From Mobula hypostoma (Eukaryota): 64,000 nucleotides of DNA. The stretch covers positions 124,186,001-124,250,000 of the forward strand of contig NC_086098.1 of assembly GCF_963921235.1 (NCBI RefSeq). The letters run 5' to 3'. Below, one piece after another: positions 1-15,093 of this stretch (within the stretch, counting starts at the first letter, position 1; every line of letters begins with the position of its first letter). The position numbers and the translations under genes are program-made. The notes under the pieces are model-generated. The model was not told the DNA's origin and searched no databases. It was given only the letters and a program-made list of their open reading frames with translations.

Positions 1-797
1 GTGGCTCAAGATATAGACGGCCCCACTCATCTCTGAGGGGACCTATGTTCTTGCTACCTACCCTCTTACTCTTAACTTAGCTATAGAGATGGGGCTTTCA
101 TTAACCTTGCCTGCCAGATCCATCTATTTGTTGTCCTCTTTTCCCTCTGAGGAGTATTCTTAATCTTTTTATAGTCTTCACTGGACCCAGTGTATGTTTG
201 TTTCGGTTTCTATACTAGACCCTCAATATCTGTCATTGGTCAAGGTTTCCTCAGCTTGCCAGTTTACCCTTCACCCTAAAGGAGCATGCTGTCCTGGACC
301 TTTGCTATCACAGACTTAAAGGTCACACACTTGCCTGTTGAAGAGTCTTGGCCTGAATCATGGACTCTTTATTTTCCTGCATAGGTGCTGCATGCTGTAA
401 CTTGATGAGTTTCATCAGCATTTTCTGTGCATTGCTCAAGAGTTCCAGCGTCTGTAAAATTTCTAATGCTTACCACTTGCCATTTGTTCTTTTCCTTTCA
501 AACACGGTCACCAAATCGACCTTTGCTAAACTCTAATTCCCTCAGAATTGCTTTGTTCTGGTTTAGGTCCCTAATCTATGGACCTGACTTATCCTTTTTC
601 CATCAGTACTGTAAAACCAATTGAATTATGGTCACTGGAGCAAAGTGCTCCCTACACTGCCACTTCATTTACTTACCCTCCCGCATCCCCCCCCCCCCCA
701 CCCCCAAGGAGGTCCAGTAATGCTCATTGCTGAGCAGGGCCCTTTATATATAGACTCAGAAACTTTCCTAGTACATTGCACAAATGCTACTCCATCC

Positions 798-1449
798 CAG
801 ACATCCCACCTCTCCTGGAAGTTCCGGGAGTCTCCCGCATATTGATAGTGGCTCCCTGATGCCCGGAAATTATATAACAATGTCCCGCAAATTAATTTTT
901 TTGAGAGGGAGAGCGAGCATCCTGATTGGTCTCTCTTCGTGCTAAGTAGACCTATCAGTTTTCTCTGTGGGCGGGCTTTACAGTCGACCTCAAAAATAAT
1001 GAAAGTGTTGCCCGCTGCACTGTTTGCAACAGAGACTTTTCTGTTGCCCAAAAATGTAAAAGACACGTTGAGGTGAGTTTAACAGGTGTCATTCGTTCAT
1101 TAGCGTAGCTAGCATTATTTAAACTATCTGGCTAGCTGCTAAGTAGCTGCTCTATTGATGTCCTACGTGATGAAGCCAAACTCCCTGTAGACTTGCTTAA
1201 AGTTGTAATAGAATAAACATGATAATATAATATATGTACATACTTTAATGTCACATTTTCTGCATATACCCAACTTGGTTTACAGATTAGACAAAATCAC
1301 TAAACGAAGTATTACATACACCCTTGGAGATTCCCCGGTGTGGGGAGGGGGTGGAGATATGGGGTTGCGGGGGGGGGCGCGGGGCTGCTACCTCCATGAA
1401 ATGATGGTGCTACCTCCCTGAAATGAGTTTTTGCAGGGTGGGATGTCTG
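798..1449. mobile_element. Non-autonomous hAT-like DNA transposon (MITE) in the last ACBD3 intron
   Basis: 13-bp TIRs CAGACATCCCACC (798-810) / GGTGGGATGTCTG (1437-1449); flanking direct repeat CCATCC (792-797, 1450-1455); no transposase ORF. Confidence 0.8.
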
Positions 1450-1819
1450 CCATCCAGTCCCTTAACATTTTGGGTGGCCCAGCCAGTACTGGGGAAATTC
1501 ATATTTCCCACTAATACAGCAGTATTGCTGCAACTATGAGCAATTTCTCTACACAACTGCTCAAGTTCTTACTGACTATTTAGGGGTCTACAACACAGCC
1601 CCACTAGAGTGACACCTCCCCCTTCTTGTTTCTGTTCTACCCACATGGTCTCAGAGATGACTCTAGTGGCATTGTTCACTAAATACTGCTGTTACTTATC
1701 CCTCAATCAAAAAGACCACACTCCCTTATCGCTTGTCTGTACCTCTGTCATGCATGTAGCATCTGTACCCTGGAATAAATGTTCACAAGTCCTGAAAATC
1801 ACTTGCGTTTTTTTTCCAG

Positions 1820-2031
1820 GGAGCCCCAGTGAAACAGAAAAGGCCAAGAAGGGGGCCATCAAAGTTCAGGTAGATGAGGTGGTGCCTGTCTACCGACGAG
1901 ATTGCCACGAAGAAGTCTATGCTGGATCCCATCAGTACCCGGGCCGAGGTGTCTATCTTCTGAAATTTGACAACTCCTACTCACTGTGGAGGTCAAAAAC
2001 GGTTTACTACAGAGTATATTATACCAGATAA
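1820..2031 (+). CDS. ACBD3: ACBD3 (GCP60) terminal coding exon, C-terminal GOLD domain; upstream exons lie outside the window
   Basis: Acceptor tttttccAG ends 1819 (phase 1). Translation ..[64 protein letters not shown] matches the ACBD3 C-terminus; TAA at 2029-2031; next to H3F3A as in mammals. Confidence 0.96.
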
Positions 2032-5000
2032 AACCAAGCTTCACCATGCTTGGCATCTGCTTTTGTTCTTGCTTTCTTTTGTAAACTTTAATTTGCACAT
2101 TGTGCATTGAAATAATTATCTAAATCATTCTATATAATAATAAATTGGGTGAAGGATCTGCTATTGCAGTAATGAGAATCACTGCCAGGAATTGGTTTCA
2201 ATAGATATATTTAGTGTCATTATTACACCAGGTTAATGTTTTTTGGTTAATTAAAATGATAAATTGGTTTGTTATTGTCACATGTACTGAGGACAGTGAG
2301 AAATTTGTCTTGAATACTGTTCACCCATAAATTTATTGTAACAGTGCATCAAGGTAGTACAAGGTAAAACAAAAACCAAATGCAGAATAAAGTGTTACAG
2401 TTACAGAGAAAGTGCAGTTCAAGGCCATAGCAAGGTAAATTGTGAGGTCAAGTGCATCCTATCGTATCAGGGAATTATTCAGAAGTCTCTTAATAGCAGA
2501 GTAGAAGTTACTTCTGAGCTTGGTGATACATGATTCAGGCTTTTGTACCTTCCTGAATTGGAGAGGAGAAGAGAAGGGAGAGTGTTCAGAGTGGATGGGG
2601 TCTTTGATTATGCTGGCTGCTTTACTGAAGTGATGAGAAGGAATGTCTGTGTTTTATTACGAGGTGCGGTGTGGGTTTTGCACCCCCCCCCCGCCCCGTA
2701 GGCTGTAGAGCCTGGGATCGCCTCTTAAAACCTGGATGTAGTGTGTGGGGCTGGGGAGGAGTTTAAGAAAGAAATACTCGGGGATCTGTGTGTTGCTGAG
2801 ATACCTGAATGAGGAACCTTGTACATGCTGTACATTGCCCCCTCCAGCTTTTCCTGTTTTAAATTTTTTGTCAAGCTCTCGTATTTAAAATTTCCATCTG
2901 GTTTTGCTGTTTAAAAGGAGCTACTTTCTGGTAGGTCTGTGTCAGATATTTTTCTGGCAATTGTTAAGCCACCTGTCCCACAGACTAGACGTCTAAGATT
3001 TGGGTGAGTGGGGAGGGAAATTAGAAGAATGAAGGTGAGTGATTGTTCATTAGGAGCATCCTGCAGTTGGGAACAAAATTCAGTAGATGGTCTGTTGGAG
3101 TAGCTTGATCCAGTTATTCAATGCTCAGAGCCTCTCCATCTAAATTCAAATTTACTTTGAAAAAACACTTGATGGAATCCCATTGGTCAGCAATTGTGCT
3201 GTTTATTTTCTATCTGTTCAACCTTTTCAGTCAGAATAGCACATACCTATTGCCCTGGTAGGTTTCTGGTACCTGTGTATTCTGGCAGCAAGTATCTCCT
3301 TTACACAGCGCCGTTTCCTTCAGTGGCAACACTGATGTCTTTGAATCAAAATTTAAGCTTGAAGAAAGCCTCAAAGCTTGTGTGGCTTTTGCCTGAGTTC
3401 TTCAACTTGTTTCTCATTCTAGAGAACAGCCAATGCCATTGACAGCAAGCCACTGGAAGTAGGGGCAAGCATTGGCAGGTGGAACACTTGCAGACTGTCA
3501 CCTGTTTTGCTGTTTTTCACCTTGTTGCAGACAACACCCCTATCCAAATTATTCCCCATGGGACAGATTGATGTTCAACTGTACAAATCAAATTAACCCT
3601 GAGATGGATACGCTAGAAGTATAGATGGTGCGTCTCCACTCTCTGGGGTACTTGCTCTCAGCAACTGTGAGGCTGTCTTTTCTTATGAGTATCTCTGACA
3701 GAGGTAAAACCGACAGAATTTGTGTTCCTGATTGCTTTCGTGTGATCCCAACTGCAGAATAATGTGGGTGTAATTACAATTGGACTGGTCTATGATCACC
3801 CTCCTAGTGCGGCATGTACTGCCACATTGTATGAACTGACTAGAAAGGCAAAAATATATTGTATGGCATGAACATCTAGAGATAAAGATGTGTTTTAGGT
3901 CAATTTGGACACCTTAACCTGGTAACCAAGTTTAGCTCAGAAATGGGGCTGGCTAGAGATTTCAGAAAAATTAATGTTGGCCTTGACCTAAACCCATCAT
4001 GATAGAGTAAATCCCAATCAAATTTCCTTGGCATTATATTCACTGTAGACAGTAAATGGCTTCTCCAGCTTGGGATGCCTTTTGAAATTTTAGAAATTCA
4101 TGCTTTAAACTTCCCTCAACATTTTTTGCCTATCAATAAGGCAGTGAAGATAGCAAGCCAGAGACAAACAGAATGATTGTGGGTGGTGCGGAAAATGGAT
4201 CTCATTTAGAAAAGACCAGGAAAGTGGTTGGTTCTGTATGTTCCTCCAATGACCTTGATGTCACCTTGGGATATGGTGTCCTGAAATATTATGCTTCTGA
4301 TGCAACGGAAGAAGTTCATGTCCTGATAAATGTGTCATTCTGGAGTCAAAGGTTGTTTCATTTAAGATGCCTTTCGGGTGGATTGCCATTTTGACAGTGG
4401 ACATTTCCATTTGAATAGGCACAGTGGAGAGTCAAGGCCTGACCTTTTCATCCCCACTCTCAATCCTTTCTGTGAGCAACACATGGATATTCCCCATTGT
4501 ACTTTTGTAATCTTGCCAGCAAGTCCTAGTAACAAGAATGTTACAGTGGGTCAACAATTATCACCATGGATGGGGCCAGCTATAATGTGAACAGTACATC
4601 ACTTAGTTAAAGACTGGGTGGGACTCCACTTCATTTTAGGCTAAAGTGTACTAAATTGCCTCTTAGATGAGGCAGTGCATACTGGGAGCCACCCATCCAA
4701 TTACAGGCTCACCCCAAATTAGTATCTGCATAAATATCATGGGAATTGAAGTACTGAGCAGCTTGGTCCCCCTACCTCAATGAACTGGGCTCCCCTTAGG
4801 CAGTAACCAAGTAGGCATGAAGACAGCTCCGTTTCCCGAGACAGGAAAGCCACAATTTACTATACTTAATCTCAGAGGTTAACACTCAAAACCTTTCTTC
4901 TCCCCTTTTTATTTTTAAAGCAATATATTTTTGTGACTGTACAGGTTGAATGGTGATTTCTAATTATGTATATTTAAAGTGTATGTTTATAATGTAGAGG

Positions 5001-6012
5001 GATCTTTCATGGGCTTGTTGGTCTGGAATCAAGATGTTCAGCTGCTATCCTGGCCTGTCCCTTTTGTTTTGGTCTCTCCCTGTGAGCAGCGAAGAAGGAA
5101 CAAAACTGCAAAATTTGTAATATTAGTGAATTGCTCTGGACTTTGGGTCAGCAATGCCCAGCCCAATGCTTTTCTTTAAACATATTAAAAAAAATAAGTT
5201 TTGCATCAATAACAGGAGTGTGACAGACTTGCATTAAGTACAGATTTATTTTTCCGTTATAATTTAATGCTTTTTCTCTTACTGATATGCCTTGTTTTTG
5301 CAGCTGTTTTGTCACCAAAGAGCCTTCATTCACGTCATTAACTTGAGATTTCCTTCACAAGTGATGCTTTCATTTCCAGTGGTGTGGTCACCTGATATGC
5401 CCAAACAACATGGCTGTGATCTGTACAGTTCTAAGAGTGGAGTTTATTCTACAGGTGGTGATTCTGTGTGGTTCTTTTTTGTTTTCTCTCTTATTCTCTT
5501 TTATAAATAATTTTTAACCCTTGTTTTGTACATAATGATTTTCTCTGTCCCCTTTCCTTTTTGTGTGTACTTACAGCTATTTTCTTAATTAGACAGCTCT
5601 GGCTGTTTTATATGGTTTTCATTATTCCAGTTTTCAGAGAAATAGAAATATAATGGGGCTCCTACTTTACAGAGATTGTTACTGGAAATGTGGTCTGATT
5701 TTCCCAGGATATTAAACGTGGGAAGGTTTTATTGCTGTGAGTTTTTAAAACAAAATGACCAGTGCAATTTCAAAAACTGTTTCTTTCCAATAATATATTT
5801 AATCTCAATTAAAATGTGTATCGGCAGTCTTTATTTTCCCTTCCTTTTTTGTGAGATTTGCATTAGTTTGAAGTTTTAAGGAAGTTATTAAATGCATATG
5901 TCAATAGAACTATCTTCCTTCTGAATTAACAGAATCAGGGCAACACTGATAGCTGTGTAAAGTTTAACAAACTGCTTTTTTTCCATCTATATTTGTGCTC
6001 TTTGGATCTGAT

Positions 6013-6316
6013 GTGTGGGCACGTGGCCAAGTGGTTAAGGCATTGGACTAGCGACCTGAAGGTCGTGAGTTCGAGCCCCAGCCAAGGGAATGTGTTGTGT
6101 CCTTGAGCAAGGCACTTAATCACACAGTGCTGTGCGATGACACTGGTGCCAAGCTGTATGGGTCCTAATGCCCTTCCCTTGGATAACATTGGTGTCGTGG
6201 AGAGGGGAGACTTGCAGCATGGGCAACTGCTGGTCTTCCATACAACCTTGCCCAGGCCTGCACCCTGGAGAGTGAAGACCTTCCAGGCGCAGATCGCGGA
6301 TGCCTCAATTAATTAA
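6013..6316 (+). mobile_element. tRNA-derived SINE with CORE-like central domain
   Basis: A box TGGCCAAGTGG, B box GAGTTCGAGCC, CORE-like GTGTCCTTGAGCAAGGCACTTAA; 11-bp TSD TTGGATCTGAT at 6002-6012 and 6317-6327. Confidence 0.88.
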
Positions 6317-8104
6317 TTGGATCTGATACTTGAGAGTATGGATATTTAGCCATTTTCTTGACAAGCTTCTGTCAGTGTGGTGAGGGTGTTCTACAGTGGC
6401 ATAGTGCAGTACTATCAACTAACTTGCTAGGTAGATCCCTTTAGAGGCCAGATTAGGATGGACAGCAAAGTTGCACATATCTAGTTAAGCAGACAGGCTT
6501 CCTTCATTAATTTTAAGTTCTGTGCTTGCTAAGTATATAAGTAACCAGTGATTATCTAGTATGGAGACATAACAGACTGCAAATGTTGATATCTGGAACA
6601 ACACATAAACCAATGGAGGAATTTTAGGTCAGGTAGTATTAATGTTGGGGAAATGTCAGTTGACATTTCAGGTCAAGACCCTTCGTGCAGTTACCTCTCT
6701 AGATGCTGCCTGATTAAGAGTACCTCTAGCGTTTTGTGTTGCAGGTTATCTACTATTTTTCAGTTCTTTGCAGCACACATCGTTTTTTGTTCTGGGGATG
6801 TATGTGTGGATGGAAAAGGTTGCATTTATTGGCCTCTGCTGATTGTCCTCAGAGGTGATGTTAACCCACCATCTTGCACTGGATTTTAGTTTGCATGGTA
6901 GTTAAATATTTTCTTTATTCACAATGTGGAGGTCACTGTCAAGACCAGCATTGTTGCTTATCCATAATTATCCCCAGAGATGATGGTGAATGGGCAGACC
7001 TGCTGCAGGAAAAGTGGTGAAAATGACATCTTATAGTCATTGGGTGGGAGTCTCAGGATTTGGATGCAGCAACAGTAAAGGAATAGGCTTTGGGGGGTGA
7101 TGTCTGTGCAGCCTTGTCACTTAACAGCAGTGTATTTTGTAGATGGCACACATGCTGATAGCATCTCCCAAACCATTGCCCCTTACCACCGGAGAGGACA
7201 TAAAGAAGCATGGCAAGGCCACTAATTGCAGGTTCTCCATATTGACTTGTAAGTACATTGCTGTTCTGTAAGTGCAGAAGTTTGCACTGTGTCAGTGCTG
7301 GATGGGCTGTCAACTGCTTTGCCCCTCCTATGCTGCTTTAGAGACGTTGGCTCCTTGCAAGCATGAGGGGCACAGTGGAACAGCTGAAGGAGTCTGAGCC
7401 AAAGACACTGCCTGATTGTAATTCAATCATTGTCTCCCTTTGTGTGCGATAGGAACTCTTGAGCGTCATCCCATTAATACCTATTGACTTCAGTTTTACC
7501 GGGATTCCCTGATGCTCTACTTAGTCAAATGCTTGTAATATGATAAAGCATGTCATCTGAATGGTAAATGATTGCAGATGTTTGAAAGGCAGATATCTTG
7601 GGTATTCTTGTTTATCTTCTCCCAGGCTAGCATCTCCAATATTAATCATGGGAAGAGGGTCAAACAGGGAAAAAGATTGAAGAATGTAGTCAGAAACTGC
7701 TTTATGAAATGTAACATCTTCATTGATTCTGGAAATCTCTGGCCCCTGATTCAAAGTGGTGTGAGGAGCAGTTGAGAACCTTGAGACGTGCATTTTGTAC
7801 ACAATAACCCCATGTAAGCAGTTAATGATCTTATTAAATGATGGAGAAGGCTTGAGAGGTTGTGATGTCTCCCGGGTTAATGTCAAGGAATTCTGCGCAC
7901 AATTCCATGTTTGGAATACTGCTGTGATGAAGCCTGTAAGCCAAATTGTCCTGGTTCAAATTCCAATTGGGTAACAATGGCTGGTGATTGAACGTAGTTA
8001 GATAAGGGATTGACTTGCTGATTTGTTTGTTTATTGTAAAGAGGGCATACCTGATTGATTGTCCCCACTTATCCACTGGATACCAAGAAACCAAGTGGCT
8101 GAAT

Positions 8105-8940
8105 CATAAACATAAGAGATTCTGCAGGTGCTCGGAATTGAGAGCAACACAAAATGTGAGAGGAACTGTGCACGTCAGGCAGTGTCTATAGAAATAAAGA
8201 ATTGATGTTTCAGGCCAAGACTCTTCATTAGACAGCAAAGGGGGAAGACCCCAGGATGAGGTTTGGGGAGGGGAAGGAGTATAAGCTAGAAGGTTGTGGG
8301 TGGAGAAGGTGGTGGGATGAAATAAGAAGCAGAGGTGATGGGTGAAAAAGGTAAAGGGTTGGAACAGAAGGAAACTTGTAGGAGAGTGGACCATGGAGAA
8401 AAGGAACGAGGGGCACCAGGGCAAGTCATAAGCCCATGAGAAGAGAGAGAGAGAGAGAGGCCAGAGTAGGGAATTGAAGAGGGAAGGGGGAGGAAAAATT
8501 ACCAGAAGTTGGAGAAATTGATGCTCATACCATCAGGTTGGAGGCCACCCAGATGGAATATAAGGTATTGCTCCTCTAACTTGAGTGGCTTTATCCTATT
8601 AGTAAAAGAAGCCATGGATCAACTTGTCAGAATGGAGGTTGGACAAAATGGTTGGCCACCAGGAAATCCTGCTTTTTATGGATGGAGCAAAGATGCTCGA
8701 CGAAGCAGTCCCCCAGTCTATGTTGCCTCTCAGCAATGAAGAGGAGGCCACATCGGGGAGCACTGGATGCAGTAACTCGCTGGTGAAGTGTTACCGGGAA
8801 GGACTGGAGCCCTGAATGGAGGTGAATGTGCAGATGTGGCACTTGTTTAACTTGCCAGGGATAACTATCAGGAGAAAGATTAGTTGGAGAGACGAAAGGA
8901 CAAGGGAATCACTAAGGGAGTGATCCCTGTGGAATGTGGG
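8105..8940 (-). mobile_element. Decayed Penelope-like retroelement 3' fragment
   Basis: Similar to the 15.1 and 28.9 kb copies; minus-strand remnant LGDCFVEHLCSIHKKQDFLVANHF (GIY-YIG C-terminal region); degenerate hammerhead motif near 8200-8235. Confidence 0.8.
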
Positions 8941-9289
8941 CGGATACTAGCTTTGGTGAGGGTAGGAAATCTCAAGAGGAAGCTAAGATGCCCAACGATA
9001 GTTGCAGGTGCTTGTTTTGTATTCCTAGCTTGATTCCTATCGTTCTGTCAGGGATGTTCTTGGCATCTGCTTCCCAATGCAGAATTTAAACTAATCTTTG
9101 AGTGGTGCGATCATATTGTTTACTGTTTTGCATACATGAACCAAGGGTGGTCTGGTGAGTCGTGGGGCATTACAGTGCGCACAGAGAACTTTTGGCCCAG
9201 TGATGTAGTCTCAATTTCCTGTGTTCAACTCTATTCCCTCCAAGCCCCCACCCCCTCCAAGTGCATCTTAAATACTCGTCCCATATACA

Positions 9290-9950
9290 CGTCACTCTCT
9301 GCATGGATAAAAGTTGCCCCTCAGATCCCTTTTTAAATTTTCCAATCTCGCTCTAATCCTATGCTTCCTTAGTTTTGGACCCCTTACTCCAAGATTTGAC
9401 ATCCACCTTATCTTTGTGTCTCATAATTTTCATCATTCTTATAAGATGATCCTTCATTCTTGTACACTCCAAGGAATAAGGCCTGGTCATCTGTTCAATA
9501 CTCAGACCCTGTGGTTCTGGCAATGTCCTCATAAACCTTTTCTGCACTCTTTCCAGTTTAACCACATCTTTTCTACAACATAGTATTGAACTGCAAGGCT
9601 ACACAGCATAAAAACATTGACCCAAATGAATCTTCCATGGTTGCTCCTACCACTGCAGTTTTGGACGAATGAATGCTCGAGTTGCATAAGGAAAGTGGGT
9701 AGATCATTGGAGGTGTGTAGTCAACTTGATTTTGCAGAAAGTGTTGGGTGCCTGGATAAGCTCCCAAGGGTGGTAGTGGAGGCAAATATAATAGAGGCAC
9801 TTAAGAGGTTCTTAGTTTGTGAATATGCAGAGAATGGAGGGATTATGGACTTGTGCAGGCAGAAGAGACTAGTTAGATGTTTAATGACTAGTTGAATTAC
9901 CTTGGCACAACATCATGGGCTGACAGAGCTGGTCCTGTGATGTGTTGTGA
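9290..9950. mobile_element. CR1 LINE 3' fragments (minus ~9290-9600, plus ~9690-9950)
   Basis: Minus remnant KLERVQKRFMRTLPE typical of the CR1 ORF2 end; plus fragment ends in the CR1 tail catgggctga..cctgtgatgtg. Confidence 0.65.
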
Positions 9951-11147
9951 GGCAGAGATATAGATGCCACAGGGATTGTGGTACTTACTGCTGGTGGTGG
10001 ATATCAACCACTGTCAGTGTGGAGTCATACATTCACTAGACCAAGTAAGGGTGAAAGATTTCTTGCCTTTGCATTAACAAATGTTTTTATTGTACCAGTC
10101 TAACCATTTCATAAAAGCACCAGTTAATGAGTTCTGCACTGCATGAAAATCTGCTTCTATTTCTAAAGCCCCACTGTTTCACTCAAAAACAGCTTTGCTT
10201 GTTCTCTGCTCATCCTTTTTGCTCTACAGGCCTTCAGCACATATGTAAGGTCATGCAGGCAAATAGTGATTTATTTTCTTTACTGTGAAGTTGGTCACTA
10301 ATATCTGGGATTCTTAGTAAGGAACCACTTGGGGGTGCTAAGAATACTGAAGTGTCACACTGTTCACCAACTGTACTGATTTTATACAGATATGCTACAC
10401 ACTCTTTCAAATACTTTAATAGGAAAACCTTACCAGAAACAGAAAGGTACACACAAATATTTAAAAAGTTACTAAATACACCAAAAACATTTCTTATAAA
10501 AAGTAAAGCAAACAATGGGATCTACTTTATGAAAAATATTAAATTTTATATTTCAGATCTGATAAGAAATTTGTTTGTCCTATATATAAAAAAAATGCTG
10601 GCGCTGTTCAAAAGTCATTTTAAAGTATTTTCAAAGCTGCACTGCTGGAAACTGGGAAGGGGAGAAAAAAATCAAATTCATAAATCCACTTTAATTTCAT
10701 CCTTCCAGAGAAATAAAAAAAATTATGTACGCTTAAAACTAAGAATATCCACCAGGTGCCTGTGAGATTCTAGCACCTGCTCCCCAGCGCATTTAAAGTC
10801 TCTAGAATTACAGTATCCCACCCCACTGATTAATGCTCCAAGGTTCAACACACACTTCTCCCCATGTCTCAACCTCTTTCTTCCCCTATTCTCCACAGCC
10901 CTTCATCCCCAGATTCCACACTCTTGTCCTCTCCAATGGTTACACTCTACCCCCCCCCCCCCCGAAAGAATAAAATAAGCAGCCACCGACTACTACCAGA
11001 CAGGAAGATTATACCAATTTAAGTTAAACTTTCAAGATATTTTGAGGGTGGTTGAAAGTTATGACAATTTTTTTTTTCAAACCAGGGAAAGTTAAATGGC
11101 AGCTCTCTCCTCATTCACTTCCCCCCACCCCAATGACAAGTGGGTGT

Positions 11148-11276
<129 letters not shown>

Positions 11277-12085
11277 CTAGAAGGGAAGGAGGAATTGTTT
11301 AGTACATAGATCCATCCAAACCACTAACAGTTTTGTAATTGTTGGAAGCAGGGGCCAAGAATTTTATCTACCATGGACACAATCCAAATCCTTAACACCT
11401 AAATCTCTCAATGAATGGATTCCAATGGGCAATTAACTACCACTTCCATTTCTCCTATCTACTACTCCTTACTCAAGTGCAGCTTTTTCCTTACTGCTAT
11501 CAGACTCTGAACTGATCACCCCTTTCACACTCCCTTCCTGGTGGTGCTGTCATGTTCTCAAACCCTTAACTCCGAATCTCTCAGTTCTGTTACTGTTACT
11601 TTAGCATTTCTTCTTTCCACTATTAAACTTACCACCATCCCATTGTTTGTGCTCATCATGTTCATGCGCAAGGAACCACTACACCCTGCTGTACAATAAA
11701 CTTGAAAAGGAACTGCCTGTCAAGCAGAAAAGGCAACAGCTGGATGAGTCCAGAAACAAACAACACCTCATGAAACCAAATGATTCAGGACCTCAAGTGG
11801 CCATGGCAATAAGGAGAACTCTGGTTTGTCAACGTGATATGTTCTCGGTTATAACCTTGTTCAGAAGATAGCACTTCTGACATACAACTTTCCTGGAAAA
11901 GCCCTCACATCTGATATTATAAGGAAGGACAACCTAGACTTGCATGTCCTGGACTGAGGCTTGAACTCACTACCTCTGTGTCAAACGAGGGCACTTCTGG
12001 CCCTGGGAATAATGTCAAGACAGAGAAGATGAAGAAGAAAGCCCTTAACTCTGAGTGGAATCATCGGGACACTGTCATGACGGCG

Positions 12086-12244
12086 TTTTTTTTTAAGCAG
12101 GCTTTCTTATTTTCATGAGGCCGAGTTGCTAGCTTGACATTCAACCCAGCACAGGTGGAAAGCGTGTAAGGGAGCCAGCTGGATTCAAACTCGGGAGCCT
12201 TTGCTCTGAAGTCCGGCGCTGATGCCACTATGCCACCAGCTGGC
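12086..12244 (-). mobile_element. tRNA-derived SINE with poly(A) tail in the last H3F3A intron
   Basis: Minus strand: A box TGGCATAGTGG, B-box-like GAGTTTGAATCC, terminal A-run (T-run at 12086 on plus). Confidence 0.75.
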
Positions 12245-12774
12245 TAAATGTCAGACATACTGTGTTTAAATACAAACCGTCTTGACATATTTGCCTTTCT
12301 TAACCATGGCCATAAAACCTTTAGAGGAGCAGATTCAGGCCAGTCATGACTAATGTTTTATATCCCACAAACCCATTCTCCTACTTTGTCCCTGTAACCT
12401 TTGATTTCCTTACCAAACAAGGCCTATCAATCTCTGCCTTAAATACACTTAATGACTTGGCCTCCACAGCCCTGTGTTCCAACAAATCCCACAGCTGCAC
12501 CTTAAAGGATGTCCCTTTATTCTGAGGCTGTAGGTAGTAACTGGCTCATCCATTACCCAAAGCATCTTCACTACATCCCCTCTCTCCAGGCATTTCACTA
12601 TCAGGTAGGTTACTGTGAGATTGCTCCCACCCCCAATGCCCATCCTTCTGAGCTCCATTGAGTACAGAGCTAGAGCCATCAACTATTTCTCATAAAAATG
12701 AACCTCCTCTGGACCCTCTCCAGGGCTAGCACATCCCTCCCTCGCTACAAAGCCCAAGATTGCTCACAATATTA

Positions 12775-13071
<297 letters not shown>

Positions 13072-14593
13072 TCATGCACTTTTTGGCAAAAATTAATTGA
13101 AGGAATTCAATGAAGAGCCCAGTTGTGAATTGATGGTAGATGGGCCTGGTGCAGTGGCACAGCTGGGAAAGTCTCATGGCTCCAGTGACCTCTTTTGATC
13201 CTGATCTCCAGTGCTGCCTGCAAGTTCTCTCTGACACTGTGGGTTCTCCCAGTTCCCACACTCCTGTTCAAATTGGTGCAATAGAACATTTATTATAAAT
13301 TTTTTAAAGTGCTGAGGGAAAAGGTAGTTAGACTGAGGGCTAATACAGGTAAATGGGCCAGAATTTGGTGCAGAATATAGAACAGTACAACATAGGAAAA
13401 GACTTTTGGCCCACAATGTCTGTGTCAAGCCAAGATACCAAACTAGTCTTACCTGCCTGCACCTGATCCATATCCTCGGATTCTCTGCCCGTCCAAATGC
13501 CCCGTAAATGTCACTCTCCTGTCTTTTCCCCTGGCAGTATGTTCTGGGTACCTACTACTCTTTAAAAACCCTTCCCCTTCCCATGCTGAAGTTATGTCCT
13601 CTAATATTAGACAGTTCTGCTCGGGGTGGGGGAGAAGAGGAGGGAAAGGCTCTATTCTATCTATTGCTTCTCACTTTTATACACTTCCATCAGGTTGCCC
13701 CTTTAGCCTCTACTGCTGCAGAGAAAAACTTTGCCCAACCTCCTCATAGCTGATAACCCTCTAATCAGGCAGCATTTTGGTGAACCTCTTCTGCACATAG
13801 ACAACAGAGTCAGTTTCTCTGCTGTAGAACTCTATATGACTCCATAGAAATTAAATCCTATAATGCAAAACTATCTGGCACAAAAATATTGGAAATTTCA
13901 CAGTACTTTCTACCCCACTGCAGCTTAGATCTTAAAACAAGATCCAGCAAGCAGTACTATGCTGATTAATATAAGCTTAATGCAGCGGGGGAAGCTTTCA
14001 GCCTCATCTGTCCCCATCTACTTCAGGCAGTTCAGCAACTCAAAGCACATTGCATTGAAGTCTGCTGGAAATGAGAGTCATAGAGTTAATATGACTGAGT
14101 ATCTCTTAAACAGGAGTAGATGATCTGGCCCCCAAGAGCCCACTCTCCCATTCATCAAAATCATGGCACCTGTTTCCTACAATATCCCCACATCTCTTGA
14201 GGCTCACCCTTCTTTCCTGAATTATCCAATGAGGGAAACTGAAACTGACATATCTGTACTAGACCATCCCCACCAGAGATCTGGATGAGAGGAAGCAAGT
14301 ATATATCCAAGTTCATTGATGGTATTTGCCCAAGTGTCAGTGTGTGTGGTGAAGTGGTCAGGGAGAGGCTTTGGTGACTGGATAAGTGAACTGTAAGGAT
14401 GTGGCAGATGGCATAATATTAAGCCTGCCCAGATAAAATAGAAAGCAGGGTATTCTTTTTAAATAATGACAGCCTAAAAGGTATTCAAAGAGGGTCAAGT
14501 CCCTTTGGAGGTACACCAAGCACATAGTACACTGCACAAGAGGTTGGTGAGGCTGTATATGGAATACTGTATTTGGTTTTGGTCACTCTGCTA

Positions 14594-14986
<393 letters not shown>

Positions 14987-15093
14987 TCAATCCTAGCAAC
15001 TGAAGCACAAACAGAGTAGGTAAGACATTAGACAGCAGAGAGCACTGCAGGACTGACACGGCAGCAGGGTTGTTCCAACATCTTCACTACCTT

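Noticed and set aside
6017-6090. tRNA gene
   Set aside because: tRNA-like head continues into a SINE body and is flanked by an 11-bp TSD.
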